Shown: one piece after another, positions 32,217 through 42,005 of the stretch
Position numbering within the stretch: the first letter of the stretch is position 1
Layout of the letters: each line of letters starts with the position of its first letter
Assembly: GCA_963733035.1 (NCBI GenBank)
Contig: CAVTBU010000009.1
Span: forward strand, 256,001-320,000
Origin: Pirellulales bacterium
GTDB lineage: Bacteria; Planctomycetota; Planctomycetia; Pirellulales; PALSA-1355
Length of the DNA stretch: 64,000 bases
Direction of reading: 5' to 3'
Position numbers and translations under genes: made by a program
The notes under the pieces: generated by a model
Databases searched by the model: none
What the model saw: the letters and a program-made list of their open reading frames with translations, nothing else
What the model was told of the DNA's origin: nothing

Positions 32217-32702
32217 ATGGGCACCGTAAACTCTGACAATACGCGAACCGTCGCCGAGCCATTGGCAGTCGAGGCAATGGTTCGGCAGGCGCTCGAAGAA
32301 GCCGGCTGTCGGTACACGGCACAACGCGCCGCGGTGTTCGACTACCTGGCAAGCGTCAAGAGTCATCCGAGGGCCGAGGACGTTTACCAGGCGGTGCGCC
32401 AACGGCTGCCGAAAATCAGTCTGGCGACGGTCTACAAGGCGCTCGAGACGCTGGTCGAAGCCCGCCTGGCCACCAAGCTCACTAACGGTGACGACTCGGC
32501 ACGCTATGACTCTCGCGGCGAAGACCATTATCATTTGCGGGATGTGGCGACCGGCGAAATTCGCGACCTGCCGGTGGCATACGATCGTGAGTTGCTCGAA
32601 AAGATCGACCCCCAGTTGGTCGAAAACCTGTCGACCGCCGGTTTCCAGGTGACTGGCTACCGGCTGGAGGTTCTGGGTCGGTTTTCGCAAATTCACAAAT
32701 GA
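32217..32702 (+). CDS. Fur family transcriptional regulator (PerR/Irr-like; lacks CxxC motifs)
   Basis: [36 protein letters not shown]. Confidence 0.9.
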   Translation: MGTVNSDNTRTVAEPLAVEAMVRQALEEAGCRYTAQRAAVFDYLASVKSHPRAEDVYQAVRQRLPKISLATVYKALETLVEARLATKLTNGDDSARYDSRGEDHYHLRDVATGEIRDLPVAYDRELLEKIDPQLVENLSTAGFQVTGYRLEVLGRFSQIHK

Positions 32703-32766
32703 TTGTTGGTCCGGCTTCGCTCCCAAACTGTATTTCCCCATTCTTTTGGCGTAAGCTGCCGGGATT

Positions 32767-33756
32767 GTGCCTATCAAACCGACAACCGAAAATATGGAAT
32801 CCGTGAACTCGCCTGATTCGGCCGGGCTCGAGAGCGCTGTTGAGGCGCCGTCGCCGGAGTGCCCCCCAGGAGCTCGCCGCAAATCGTGGCCGCTCGTGCG
32901 GGCCATGCGTCCTCACCAATGGGTGAAGAACCTGCTGGTCTTCGCACCCGCTGTCTTTCACCACGCGGTATTCGATGTTCGCCTAGTGGGACTCAGTACG
33001 TTGGCGTTTGTGCTGTTTTGCACCACGACGTCGGCGATTTACATTCTCAACGACGTTCTCGACTTGGAGTCCGACCGCCGACACCCCGTCAAGCGTTTTC
33101 GGCCGTTCGCGGCTGGTGAAATTCGCGTTCAAACTGGCTATACCGCGGCCGCGCTTTTCTTGGTAGGAGCGGGCCTCTCCGCATTGGTTTTTCTGAACTG
33201 GGAGTTTTTTGCCGTACTATTGACCTATGTCGTCGTGAACTTTGCCTACTCGCTTCGTTTGAAGCAGAAAGTCATGATCGACGTGATCATCCTGGCTGGC
33301 TTCTACACGCTAAGAATCATCGCCGGTGGAGCAGCGACTCAATTGGTACCATCGGAATGGCTGCTGGCACTTGCGATGTTCCTATTTCTGTCACTAGCGT
33401 TTGTCAAACGCTTTGACGAACTGGCAAGGCTTCGCGACGAGGGTAGGTTGCAAACCGACCGACGGGGTTACCAGGTCGTCGATCTCGAGCTACTACAGAC
33501 AATGGGTTTGTCCTGCGGCATGATGGCCGTGTTAGTTCTGGCGCTATACATCAACAGCGATCAGGTGTTGACAATCTACACGCATCCCCGCGTCCTGTGG
33601 CTCGCTTGCCCGCTCTTACTGTTCTGGATTGGCCGCATTTGGATATGGGCGCGCCGTGGTGCAATCCAAGAGGATCCTTTGCTTTTTGCAATAAAGGACC
33701 GAGCAAGCTGGGCGGTGCTGGTTCTCATGGCGATCGTTGGTATGGTGTCCATATAG
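32767..33756 (+). CDS. UbiA family prenyltransferase, decaprenyl-phosphate phosphoribosyltransferase type
   Basis: MRPHQWVKNLLVF, YILNDVLDLESDRRHPVKRFRPFAAG, AYSLRLK, LRIIAG, LAFVKR, EDP; multiple TM helices. Confidence 0.9.
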   Translation: MPIKPTTENMESVNSPDSAGLESAVEAPSPECPPGARRKSWPLVRAMRPHQWVKNLLVFAPAVFHHAVFDVRLVGLSTLAFVLFCTTTSAIYILNDVLDLESDRRHPVKRFRPFAAGEIRVQTGYTAAALFLVGAGLSALVFLNWEFFAVLLTYVVVNFAYSLRLKQKVMIDVIILAGFYTLRIIAGGAATQLVPSEWLLALAMFLFLSLAFVKRFDELARLRDEGRLQTDRRGYQVVDLELLQTMGLSCGMMAVLVLALYINSDQVLTIYTHPRVLWLACPLLLFWIGRIWIWARRGAIQEDPLLFAIKDRASWAVLVLMAIVGMVSI

Positions 33757-33933
33757 AGTGGCACGGACTCATCCACTTTGACACGGATCGCGATCCGCTG
33801 GTCAGGCAGCAATTTCGGTTGAGAACTCTCAATAGAATTCAAGTGCTTGCGTCCCGCCCCTGGCCTTCGATCGCAAACCGCGATTTCACGATTTCCAACC
33901 CGCCCCGACCCTACGGCTCGCCGAGAACGCAAC

Positions 33934-34599
33934 ATGAATGACGCAGCAATAGACAGGTCAACGATTCGGCGAATCATTAAGTCTTACGACAGCCGATTGG
34001 TGCAAGCGTACTGTACGATTCGATTTCAAATTCTGCGTCGCTCCCACCTCGAGGAAATCGGTCAGTATCTTCCCAAACAAGGAAGTGTTCTGGACGTCGG
34101 GTGCGGCTTTGGGCTGTTTGCCTTGTATTTCGCAATCACGCGCCCGGACATCGAAGTTCAAGGGTTCGACCTCAATGAACGACGAATCGCAAGTGCGCGA
34201 AGAGCCGCAGCCAAGCTGGGAGTCTTAAACGTCCATTTTCAGGTTGCCGATGCCTCAACGTTCACTTGGCGCGAGCCGCTTCAGGGCGCGTACTTGCTTG
34301 ACTTGATTCACCATATCCCGGTTGACGCCGTGCGCCCCTTGCTCAACCAGATCATTTCGAACCTCGCACAACAGCGGTATTTAATCGTCAAGGACATCGC
34401 CCGCAAGCCGTTCTACAAAGTTGCGTTCACCTGGCTGCTTGATAAAGCCATGGACTTTCGAGCACCCGTCCACTACTGGCGGACCGCCGACCTGACAACG
34501 CTTCTGAAATCGTTGGGCGTGGACGTATTCCACCATCGAATGGCGGACTATTTGCCCTACCCGCACGCGCTATACGTTTGCCACAAAGAGTGTTCCTGA
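33934..34599 (+). CDS. Class I SAM-dependent methyltransferase
   Basis: VLDVGCGFG, GFDLN, ADAS, LDLIHH. Confidence 0.88.
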   Translation: MNDAAIDRSTIRRIIKSYDSRLVQAYCTIRFQILRRSHLEEIGQYLPKQGSVLDVGCGFGLFALYFAITRPDIEVQGFDLNERRIASARRAAAKLGVLNVHFQVADASTFTWREPLQGAYLLDLIHHIPVDAVRPLLNQIISNLAQQRYLIVKDIARKPFYKVAFTWLLDKAMDFRAPVHYWRTADLTTLLKSLGVDVFHHRMADYLPYPHALYVCHKECS

Positions 34600-34636
34600 A
34601 ATCTTCAACTAGTCGTAGTTTGCAGGACAAACCATC

Positions 34637-36187
34637 ATGCAGAAGGCGCCGAAGGTCCTGATTCTGGCTGTGCTTGCGCACGGGCTATTGCTTTACTGGT
34701 TGTGGTGGCATGGCTTTCCGCGCCCGACTTCGGACACGATCGCCTTCAAGCAACCTGCCTACATGCGACTGCATACGCCTTTCTTCAGCATCCCAAGCTA
34801 CGAAGGCACTTGCCCGCATTTCGATAAAGTGGCAAGCTATCCAGCGTGCGTGTATACGTACCTCAACTATCTCGTCTTCCGGACCGTTGGTTTCTCATTG
34901 AGTTCCACGCTGGGCACGGACCTCGTCATTCACTTCGCCGGCTCTACGCTCGCCGCATTCTGCATTTGGAGGCTTAGTCGCTCCGACATCTTGGCATCAC
35001 TATTCGTCGGCGCCTCTCTGGGTTGGCTGATGCCGATTGGTCGCCCAGAAGAGTTGGGGATGCTTTTTGTGGTGATCGCATTAATCGGCATTCGCAGTCG
35101 ATTTTGGATCGGTGCGGCGATTGCGCTTGGACTGACGGGTGCCACCACGCCAGGGGCCGCCATCGTGGGCACAATATTGACGCTGGCCTACGACGGGATC
35201 TTCAGCCATTGGTCTCGTCCGTACCTGTTACGGGCCATAACCGTACTTATTGTCGCTCCGCTCCTGTCGCTTGTGCTTTATACGGCATTCATGTGGCCCT
35301 ATGTTGCCGAAGCGTTCGAGCAGCATCGCTACCTGATGGACAGCAATTTCTACTTCTGGACTTCTCCCAGGCAGTTAGTCGGCGAAGCTAGGCTGCAGGC
35401 GGTCGCCCTGTTCGGTCTTGTCATCACGGCACTAGCATTCTGCGGTTGGACGTTGAGACGTCGTGTCGACGTTTCGCCTGAACGCGAGATGGTCGTGGCC
35501 CTACTCAAAGCATCTGGCGTTGCGATCATTGTCGGCCTGGCTTTGAATCTCGGCATCGGACGTCGAATGTACGACTATCGATTGTTGACGGCAATTTCGG
35601 TTGCTGTGATCTGCATGGGAAGTTCTCTCCTTCAGAGCCTCTATTACTCGCAGCGGCGTATGATCGCGGTCGTTTCCGGCTTGATTCTGATCGCCTTCAC
35701 CGCACCGTCGCTCCGAGACGTGACCCGCTATGCGGTTGCCGGGTACCTGTGGAGCGACGACTCGGTGAACTACGCCGAGGCTGTTCAAGTGGTTCGCCAC
35801 GTGGTCCCAGCGACCGCTTCGCTCGGCGGCGGTGGTGAAACCTGGACAGTCGTTGGCGACGGACGCCCCTACATTGCGACTCGGTTCGTGGACGAAGGCC
35901 ATTGGCCCGATTATCTGATCAGCGCAACCTGGTCAAATCCGCCGTCATTACTCGAGGACAAGAGTTTTCGGAAGACTATTGAAGACTCGTACGAGGAGGT
36001 CACTCCGGCTCCGCAGCGCCCGCAAAACGGCTGCTTCGTCAGCCTCTTGGGCGTGAAGATCCCGGTTGCTAGAGGCCGCTGTGACTGGTACTTGAGAATC
36101 TGGAGACGACGCGACTTACCGCAGCGATCAATGCCGATACAGTCCGACGATGCTGCGTCATCCGCTCCTAAGGCCAGCGGCAAGTAA
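34637..36187 (+). CDS. Polytopic membrane protein, GT-C glycosyltransferase-like
   Basis: About 11 hydrophobic segments; Asp in the first external loop (PTSDT); GRPEE motif; soluble C-terminal domain; AGGA RBS. Confidence 0.6.
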   Translation: MQKAPKVLILAVLAHGLLLYWLWWHGFPRPTSDTIAFKQPAYMRLHTPFFSIPSYEGTCPHFDKVASYPACVYTYLNYLVFRTVGFSLSSTLGTDLVIHFAGSTLAAFCIWRLSRSDILASLFVGASLGWLMPIGRPEELGMLFVVIALIGIRSRFWIGAAIALGLTGATTPGAAIVGTILTLAYDGIFSHWSRPYLLRAITVLIVAPLLSLVLYTAFMWPYVAEAFEQHRYLMDSNFYFWTSPRQLVGEARLQAVALFGLVITALAFCGWTLRRRVDVSPEREMVVALLKASGVAIIVGLALNLGIGRRMYDYRLLTAISVAVICMGSSLLQSLYYSQRRMIAVVSGLILIAFTAPSLRDVTRYAVAGYLWSDDSVNYAEAVQVVRHVVPATASLGGGGETWTVVGDGRPYIATRFVDEGHWPDYLISATWSNPPSLLEDKSFRKTIEDSYEEVTPAPQRPQNGCFVSLLGVKIPVARGRCDWYLRIWRRRDLPQRSMPIQSDDAASSAPKASGK

Positions 36188-36211
36188 ATCCCCGATGACG
36201 AGACTTGCGAC

Positions 36212-37952
36212 TTACTTGCGACGACCAGCTTCGACCATCGCCAGGAACTCGTTCAATGTTCGCGTGTTCGCTACGTCCTGTTTGGTTAGCCCCGCCCGAC
36301 GCGCTTGCAGGATTCCGTAGCGCAGCACGTCGAGTCCGTTCGTGTTGTGGGCATCACTGGAAATGACAATCGGCACTCCCTGGCTCTTGGCCGTCGCGCA
36401 GGCCACGTCATCCAGATCAAGCCGGCGCGGATTGGCGTTCAATTCCAGCATTTTGTGGTGTTCTCGGGCCACGCGGAATACGGCCTCCAGGTCGATTTCA
36501 TAGGCCTTGCGGCGGTTGATCAAGCGTCCCGTCGGATGTGCGATGGCCGAAACGTAGGGATTGGCCAACGCGTCAACAACGCGCCTGGTGATTTGGTCAC
36601 GCGATTGATTCTGCCCGTAGTGCACGCTGGCCACGACCCAATCCGCCTCAGACAGAACGTCGTCGTCGAGGTCGAGTTCGCCTGATTCGAGGATGTCGCA
36701 CTCAATGCCCTTGAGCACGCGAAAACCTCGCAATCGCTTGTTGATTTTGTCGATCTGCTTCCATTGCGCGCGAAGCCGCTTGGCGTCCATACCGCGTGCC
36801 ATCGTGACACGTTTCGAATGGTCAGTGATGGCGATGTACTTCAGGCCGCGTTCTTGAGCGGCCGCGATCATTTCCTCGAGCGACGCCTTGCCGTCGGTTT
36901 CGGTGGTGTGCATGTGCAAATCGGTGCGCAGGTCCGAGAGTTCGACAAGTTGGGGCAACTTGCCCTGGTCGGCCCATTCGAACTCACGGCGAGCCTCGCG
37001 CAGTTCTGGCGGAATCCACGGCAAATCGAGCGTGGCATAGACCTCCTGTTCGGTGCGGCCGGCGATCATGGTCTCCTTCTTGCCGTCGACACGGAATACG
37101 CCGTACTCGTTGATCTTCAGTCCACGGTCCTTGGCGCGCCCACGAACGACAATGTTGTGATCCTTTGAGCCGGTGAAATACTGAAGTGCCGCACCGAAGC
37201 TCTCGGCGGGTACGACGCGCAAATCGACCTGCAGACCGTCGGCCAGGCGAATGCTGATCTTCGTCGGTCCGCGACCGATAACCGTCGCGGCGTCTGGGAA
37301 CGCCGCAAACCGATCCATAACCAGTGCCGGCTGCGACGAGACCGCGAGCAGATCGAGGTCGCCAATGGTGTCTTTGCCCCGTCGGTAGCTGCCCGCAACT
37401 TCCAGTTGTTCGATAGCCGGGCAGTCACTCATCCAATTGCGAATCGCGGCAGCGAACTTATCGGCATCGGCCCAGGCGAGTCGCACGTCGATCGTCTCGG
37501 CCAGCCCGATCCCGGCCAGAATCGCCTCTTCGGTTTTTGCGCCGAAGCCCTTGAGTTTCCGGACTTGCTCAGCCTCGCATGCCTTCCGCAAGTCGTCGAG
37601 TGTCGTGATTTTCAGTTCTTTGTAGAGTAGCGCGGCCTTTTTGGGCCCCAGGCCCGGAATGCGCAACAACGTGAGCACCGACTGCGGCACTTGGGCCTTG
37701 AGTTCCTCAAGCATTGGCAGCGTTTGGGCCGCACAAAGGGTGACGATCTTTTCGGCCAGATCCTTGCCGACACCCTGAATGTCGGTCAGCTTCCGCTCGG
37801 AATCGGCAACGATCGATTCCATTTGCTCGGGATAATCGCGGACGGTCCGCGCGCCGTTGCGGTAGGCGCGGCACACGAAAAGGGTTGGCGCCTTGAAATT
37901 CAAGCAAGTCGGCGATCAGGTCAAAGACTTCGGCGATGCGGACGTTGTTCAT
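36212..37952 (-). CDS. polX: DNA polymerase X / PHP 3'-5' exonuclease; frameshift at ~37870
   Basis: MNNVRIAEVFDLIADLLEFQGANPFRV then RAYRNGA after removing one base; AGSYRRGKDTIGDLD, QVDLR, YFTGSK; PHP motifs DLHMHT, TDHS, AHPTGR, SSDAH. Confidence 0.95.
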
Positions 37953-38032
37953 GCCACGTACTATACGGCATGACGTCAACTGTGTGCCACGGGGGCCGGC
38001 TCGGCCGCGCCACGCGGTGAGGCTCACACGAC

Positions 38033-38073
38033 AAAAAAAACTGCCGGCCGCGATAGGTTCGCGAACCGGCAGT
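38033..38073 (-). terminator. Rho-independent terminator downstream of the Cys/Pro-rich gene
   Basis: Minus strand ACTGCCGGTTCGCGA-ACCTA-TCGCGGCCGGCAGT stem-loop ending in a run of 8 U. Confidence 0.85.
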
Positions 38074-38104
38074 CTTCGTTTATCAAAGCTTGTTGGCTCG
38101 GCCG

Positions 38105-39082
38105 TTAGTCGGCCACCGCCTCCCAACCCCCGTTGTCCACCGGCCTGACATCCGCCTTCGCGGGCAACACCAGCGACGCCTGACGTACCGGCCAGCCACT
38201 CCGCACTGAAATCGAAGTGGTTCGATCGCCGTCTTCTGGATCCAAGCCTCGGGGCTGCTCGTTCAACGACGAACTGGTCGGGCTTGAGGTGCCATTGTTG
38301 TAGGGGGGCAGCAGCACACGCGATTGCGGCTGCGTGCCGCTTCCCGTCGAACCGCTGCCGTTGGTCGAGCCGTTTCCTCCGTTGGGAGCAAACGTCGAAT
38401 TTGACGGGCTCGAAGACGGATACGAACTTCCATTGAGCGACGGATCCGGAGTCGGCGTCAAACTTTGTAGAGTCGAACCCGGGCTGCCCGAGGGACTCGA
38501 CGTGCTCGGTTGAACAATCGTGGTGCCGGTCGTCGAACTGTAGCCCGATAGCGACGGTGTTGGCGTTGAGCCGCAACAAGCCGGTGCCGGAGCGGCAACC
38601 GGTGCCGGGCTATAGCTTGAAAGCGTGGGAGCGGGAGTCGCACCGCAACAGGCAGGCGCGGCAACGGGAACTGCCGGAGCGTAGCTGACGACGGTGGGAA
38701 CTGTCGCACAACAAGGCCTGGCGACCGAGGTGACCACCGGCCGGTAGGTCGTGTACGGCACCAACTGCTGTTGCGACACATAAGTCGTTACGGGCCGCAT
38801 GACCGTCGTCGCACGACCGCACGCATCGCAAGCCGTCTGCGGCATGTACGACACCACGGGGCGGTTGACGGTCACCGCGCGATAGGCCGTTTGCGGCATG
38901 TAGTTGACCACTTGCTGCGGAGCGCAGACAGGCGCCACCGGAGCATAGCTGGCCACGTACGGGGTATAGAACGTCGTGGTCGGACGCCCGCACCCAAACA
39001 GTTTGCAGGCCTCCACTCGCGTGGCGCCTGTCGCCAGGCAACCGATCGCAACGAGTGCGGCAGTAAATTGACGGCCGATCAT
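38105..39082 (-). CDS. Secreted Cys/Pro/Thr/Tyr-rich low-complexity protein
   Basis: Signal peptide, repeated Y-x-P-V/Q-T segments, duplicated APACCG, S/P/G-rich tail; followed by a terminator. Confidence 0.75.
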   Translation of the reverse strand: MIGRQFTAALVAIGCLATGATRVEACKLFGCGRPTTTFYTPYVASYAPVAPVCAPQQVVNYMPQTAYRAVTVNRPVVSYMPQTACDACGRATTVMRPVTTYVSQQQLVPYTTYRPVVTSVARPCCATVPTVVSYAPAVPVAAPACCGATPAPTLSSYSPAPVAAPAPACCGSTPTPSLSGYSSTTGTTIVQPSTSSPSGSPGSTLQSLTPTPDPSLNGSSYPSSSPSNSTFAPNGGNGSTNGSGSTGSGTQPQSRVLLPPYNNGTSSPTSSSLNEQPRGLDPEDGDRTTSISVRSGWPVRQASLVLPAKADVRPVDNGGWEAVAD

Positions 39083-39491
39083 GTTGAGGTACTCCAGACG
39101 TGATTCTGCTTGCATCGTTCTTGTTACCCCGCCGAGCCCGGAAGTTCAATACGCAGGCGAGCTCGCGGCTTCATTTGGTTGTTCTTTACGATTGCGTTGA
39201 GTTGCGCTGTGCGGCGCAGTGTCGGGTCTTGGTAATCTTTACCGGATGGCCAAGCGTTCATTGCCATGAAAGCAACGCTCGCTTGCAGCCAAACACGACT
39301 ACGCTACGCAACCCAATCGCTTGCACTAATGTAGATTGAGATCCAGGTCGTGCCGGAAAAAACGGAGAATCTCCGGACGGACGCAGCCCCGTTTTGACAT
39401 CAAATACAGACATGGCCCGGTGGTCGGAAGAATCGTTGCTAGCGGCACAACAGACACTTGGGGAACAATTGAAACGATGCCTTGCTCGGTT

Positions 39492-40114
39492 CTATCGAAC
39501 GCGCCCACCTTGCCGATTTCGCCGTTCCCACTCGTCGTACAGGCGAAAAAGTGTTTCGCGCAGGTCGCCCCCAGCTGCCCGGCATTGTTGAGCGACCACT
39601 TCAGGTTCGAAGGAATCGCGCGTCTTGGAGAGAAGCATTTCGACGACTCGCTGCGCGGTTGGCAAGTCGGCGTTGGTTTCAAAAAGCCGCGGTAGTCCGG
39701 TGGGTCCGTGGGCCGTGACCAGCAGCCCCCACGCTTTGCGCCAGCAAGCGCATTGAACTCGCAAGCGGTTCCAACAACTCAACTTTTCGTACCCGTCGAT
39801 CACAATCAAATCGGCGCGGGCCTTGCTCGCCTCAACCTTCCAACCAAGTGGCATGGCTCGCTGCTCATCGCGGAGACGAGTGCGCCATGGAACTCGACCC
39901 GCGGCTGCCAGCGCCGGCTCCAAGGCCACGAGCAAAGTCGACTTGCCGGAACCATGTGGACCGACAATCTCACCTCGCCAGTTGTTTTGACGCAATCGGT
40001 CGATCACTGCCGGGGCGTTTTCGCCCGGCGGAAACAAATAGTCAATGGCGCCGGGCGCGTAAACCGTGTCGAAAAGGGATTCGAGCGCATCGCAGGAATC
40101 GGTATGCGATTCAT
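39492..40114 (-). CDS. Small P-loop (AAA+-like) ATPase; frameshift at ~40053
   Basis: ATG overlaps the upstream TGA. MRSNPFSTRFTR then PGAIDYLFPP after one added C. Walker A GPHGSGKST, Walker B LIVIDG, LLVTAH, GDLRE. Confidence 0.78.
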
Positions 40115-40512
40115 CGTCGGCTCACCTGCTCTGGCGGAGGGACCGAGCCGAGCTGAAACGGCACGTCCAGAGTTAGTTCACGTCCCTGCCAAAAGAAGAC
40201 GCGAGCCCGCACGCACCAGCAGATGCGGAGAATGATGCCGTTGTAGCTGAGCGGACTATTGGGAAGCACGGTGCTAAAGCGGCGCGGCTGATGCAGGTCG
40301 ACCGGCACGTCATCCGGCTCGATTCGCTCGAAGAAGTGGACTGACATGTCCTCGTCGCCCTTGCCCTCGGTGTGCCAAAGGACCGAAAGCTCAAGAGCGC
40401 GGACTTCCTCCGGGTTCGCACCATGTATGCGCATCTGTCCTGACAACAGTTCACCAGGACGGTACCTCCGCGCATGGTCGTCGAGCGCCAGTGTAAGCCG
40501 CGGCTGCATCAT
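40111..40512 (-). CDS. Hypothetical beta-sandwich protein (arrestin-N/SpoOM-like pattern)
   Basis: YRPGELLSG, LELSVLWHTEGKGDED, FSTVLPNSPLSYNG, ICWCVRARV; ATGA overlaps at both ends. Confidence 0.78.
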   Translation of the reverse strand: MMQPRLTLALDDHARRYRPGELLSGQMRIHGANPEEVRALELSVLWHTEGKGDEDMSVHFFERIEPDDVPVDLHQPRRFSTVLPNSPLSYNGIILRICWCVRARVFFWQGRELTLDVPFQLGSVPPPEQVSRR

Positions 40513-41831
40513 GAGCGCGAACCTCCAACCGTGCCCGGGTTGACGACGACCTGAAACTCGCGTTGAAAGTCAGGCTTGCCACGGACGTGGCCATTGACGA
40601 GCAGTTTCCAACTCACCTCGTTATGGTTCGCCAGGAACGAATGCATGGCTCCAGCCGGCACGGCAATCTCACATCGGCTTTCGAAAGGCAGACCCTGCGC
40701 GATTTCAAAGTCTTCCCGCAGAAAGAAACGCTGCTCAAACACGCGCCGCGTTTCGGTGCGGGTATCGGTGCCCTGCAAGAACGTCGTGTGTTCGTCGCAA
40801 GCCAACCAGACCTCCAGCGACTGCATGTCCAGCCGCCCCGCTTGCGAGAGAAAGATTTCGTAGCTTTCGCCGGGCACCAGGGGGTGGGCCGAGACTTCGA
40901 TTCGCGTGGGCCCGATGCCCGTGGCGGCAATGATCTGGCGGCTCATATAGACAGCCAGCCATACGCCGCCGATCACAAACGGCACGAGGGCCGCGGTGAG
41001 CCCCCAGTCCGGCTCGCCTTGAGCAAAGCCCTGGATCACCATCACGGCGAATAGCACAACAATCGCATTCCAACTGACGCAGGCGGCCACCGTGGCCATT
41101 AGCTTCCAGCCGGGCGTGGTCGAGGTCGGCAACCGATACGCCAAGGTGGTGCCCGGACTATTGGTCAGATTCGCTTCGGTCGGGACGGTGGGGAAATCTC
41201 GCTCGCCGATCGGCACTTCGAACAAGTCGAGATGCGCGGCGCGTTGCTCCAGCGCGCTACGGCGCTCTTCCGAGGCAGTCCAATGCACAAGCGCGTAAAT
41301 CATCCGCCCACCCCCGATGACGATGAATGACAGCGGAATCAGGAGCGAGACATATAACCAGGCGCTATAGCCGCGCACCAGCACCACGCGCCCCGCGTCG
41401 AGGGGGTCATACCAACAAGGGTATTGCGCGCCGACCTCGAAGCGGTCGAGAACCTGCCGCGCTTTGGCTGCGTCCGATGAATAGAGATTTGTGGCATCGT
41501 AAACGTTGTCTGCCTCGTAGATTCCGTCAGCCGCCTCGTAGCGGACTTTGAATTCCGGCCGGAACATTGCCGAATCAAGCTCGGTCCGAGCGGCACTAGC
41601 CGCCGGCGGGCTGCCAATGCGCTTTGCGAGGACCGTGCACACGGTTTCCTCAAATTGCCGATTCGCCCGCCATTCGGGCCAGACGAGGGCAGCCAGCATA
41701 TACGCCAGAGCCGCGCAGCCCACCACAAAGAAGATCCCAAAAAACAGGGCCTCACCCAGATTGCCTACGGTTTGCGAGCCGGTGCGCCGGTTGCCGCGTT
41801 TCTTCTCGTACAGCCTGAAGAACCGAGACAA
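40509..41831 (-). CDS. DUF3592-like membrane protein with C-terminal beta-sandwich domain
   Basis: TTG 41831 with GAGGG RBS; TM helix, OB-like segment ending YPCWYDPLDAGRVVL, three further TM helices, soluble C-terminal domain. Confidence 0.82.
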   Translation of the reverse strand: MSRFFRLYEKKRGNRRTGSQTVGNLGEALFFGIFFVVGCAALAYMLAALVWPEWRANRQFEETVCTVLAKRIGSPPAASAARTELDSAMFRPEFKVRYEAADGIYEADNVYDATNLYSSDAAKARQVLDRFEVGAQYPCWYDPLDAGRVVLVRGYSAWLYVSLLIPLSFIVIGGGRMIYALVHWTASEERRSALEQRAAHLDLFEVPIGERDFPTVPTEANLTNSPGTTLAYRLPTSTTPGWKLMATVAACVSWNAIVVLFAVMVIQGFAQGEPDWGLTAALVPFVIGGVWLAVYMSRQIIAATGIGPTRIEVSAHPLVPGESYEIFLSQAGRLDMQSLEVWLACDEHTTFLQGTDTRTETRRVFEQRFFLREDFEIAQGLPFESRCEIAVPAGAMHSFLANHNEVSWKLLVNGHVRGKPDFQREFQVVVNPGTVGGSRS

Positions 41832-41944
41832 AACGGAAACCCTCAATCGACGCCGCTTGGTGAAGGACAGCCCACCCACGCGCTGTCCAGGAGCGAACCG
41901 ATCGCGGCTCGCTCATACCGCCTGTCCCTGCGGGCGGACGACCC

Positions 41945-41952
41945 ATTATAAT
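41945..41952. promoter_or_regulatory. Symmetric bidirectional -10 element ATTATAAT
   Basis: Perfect TATAAT on both strands, between divergent genes starting at 41831(-) and 42006(+). Confidence 0.55.
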
Positions 41953-42005
41953 CCGTTGGCGCGGCACCCATGATTTTGACTTTGACCGACCCAAAGGACA
42001 ACCGG

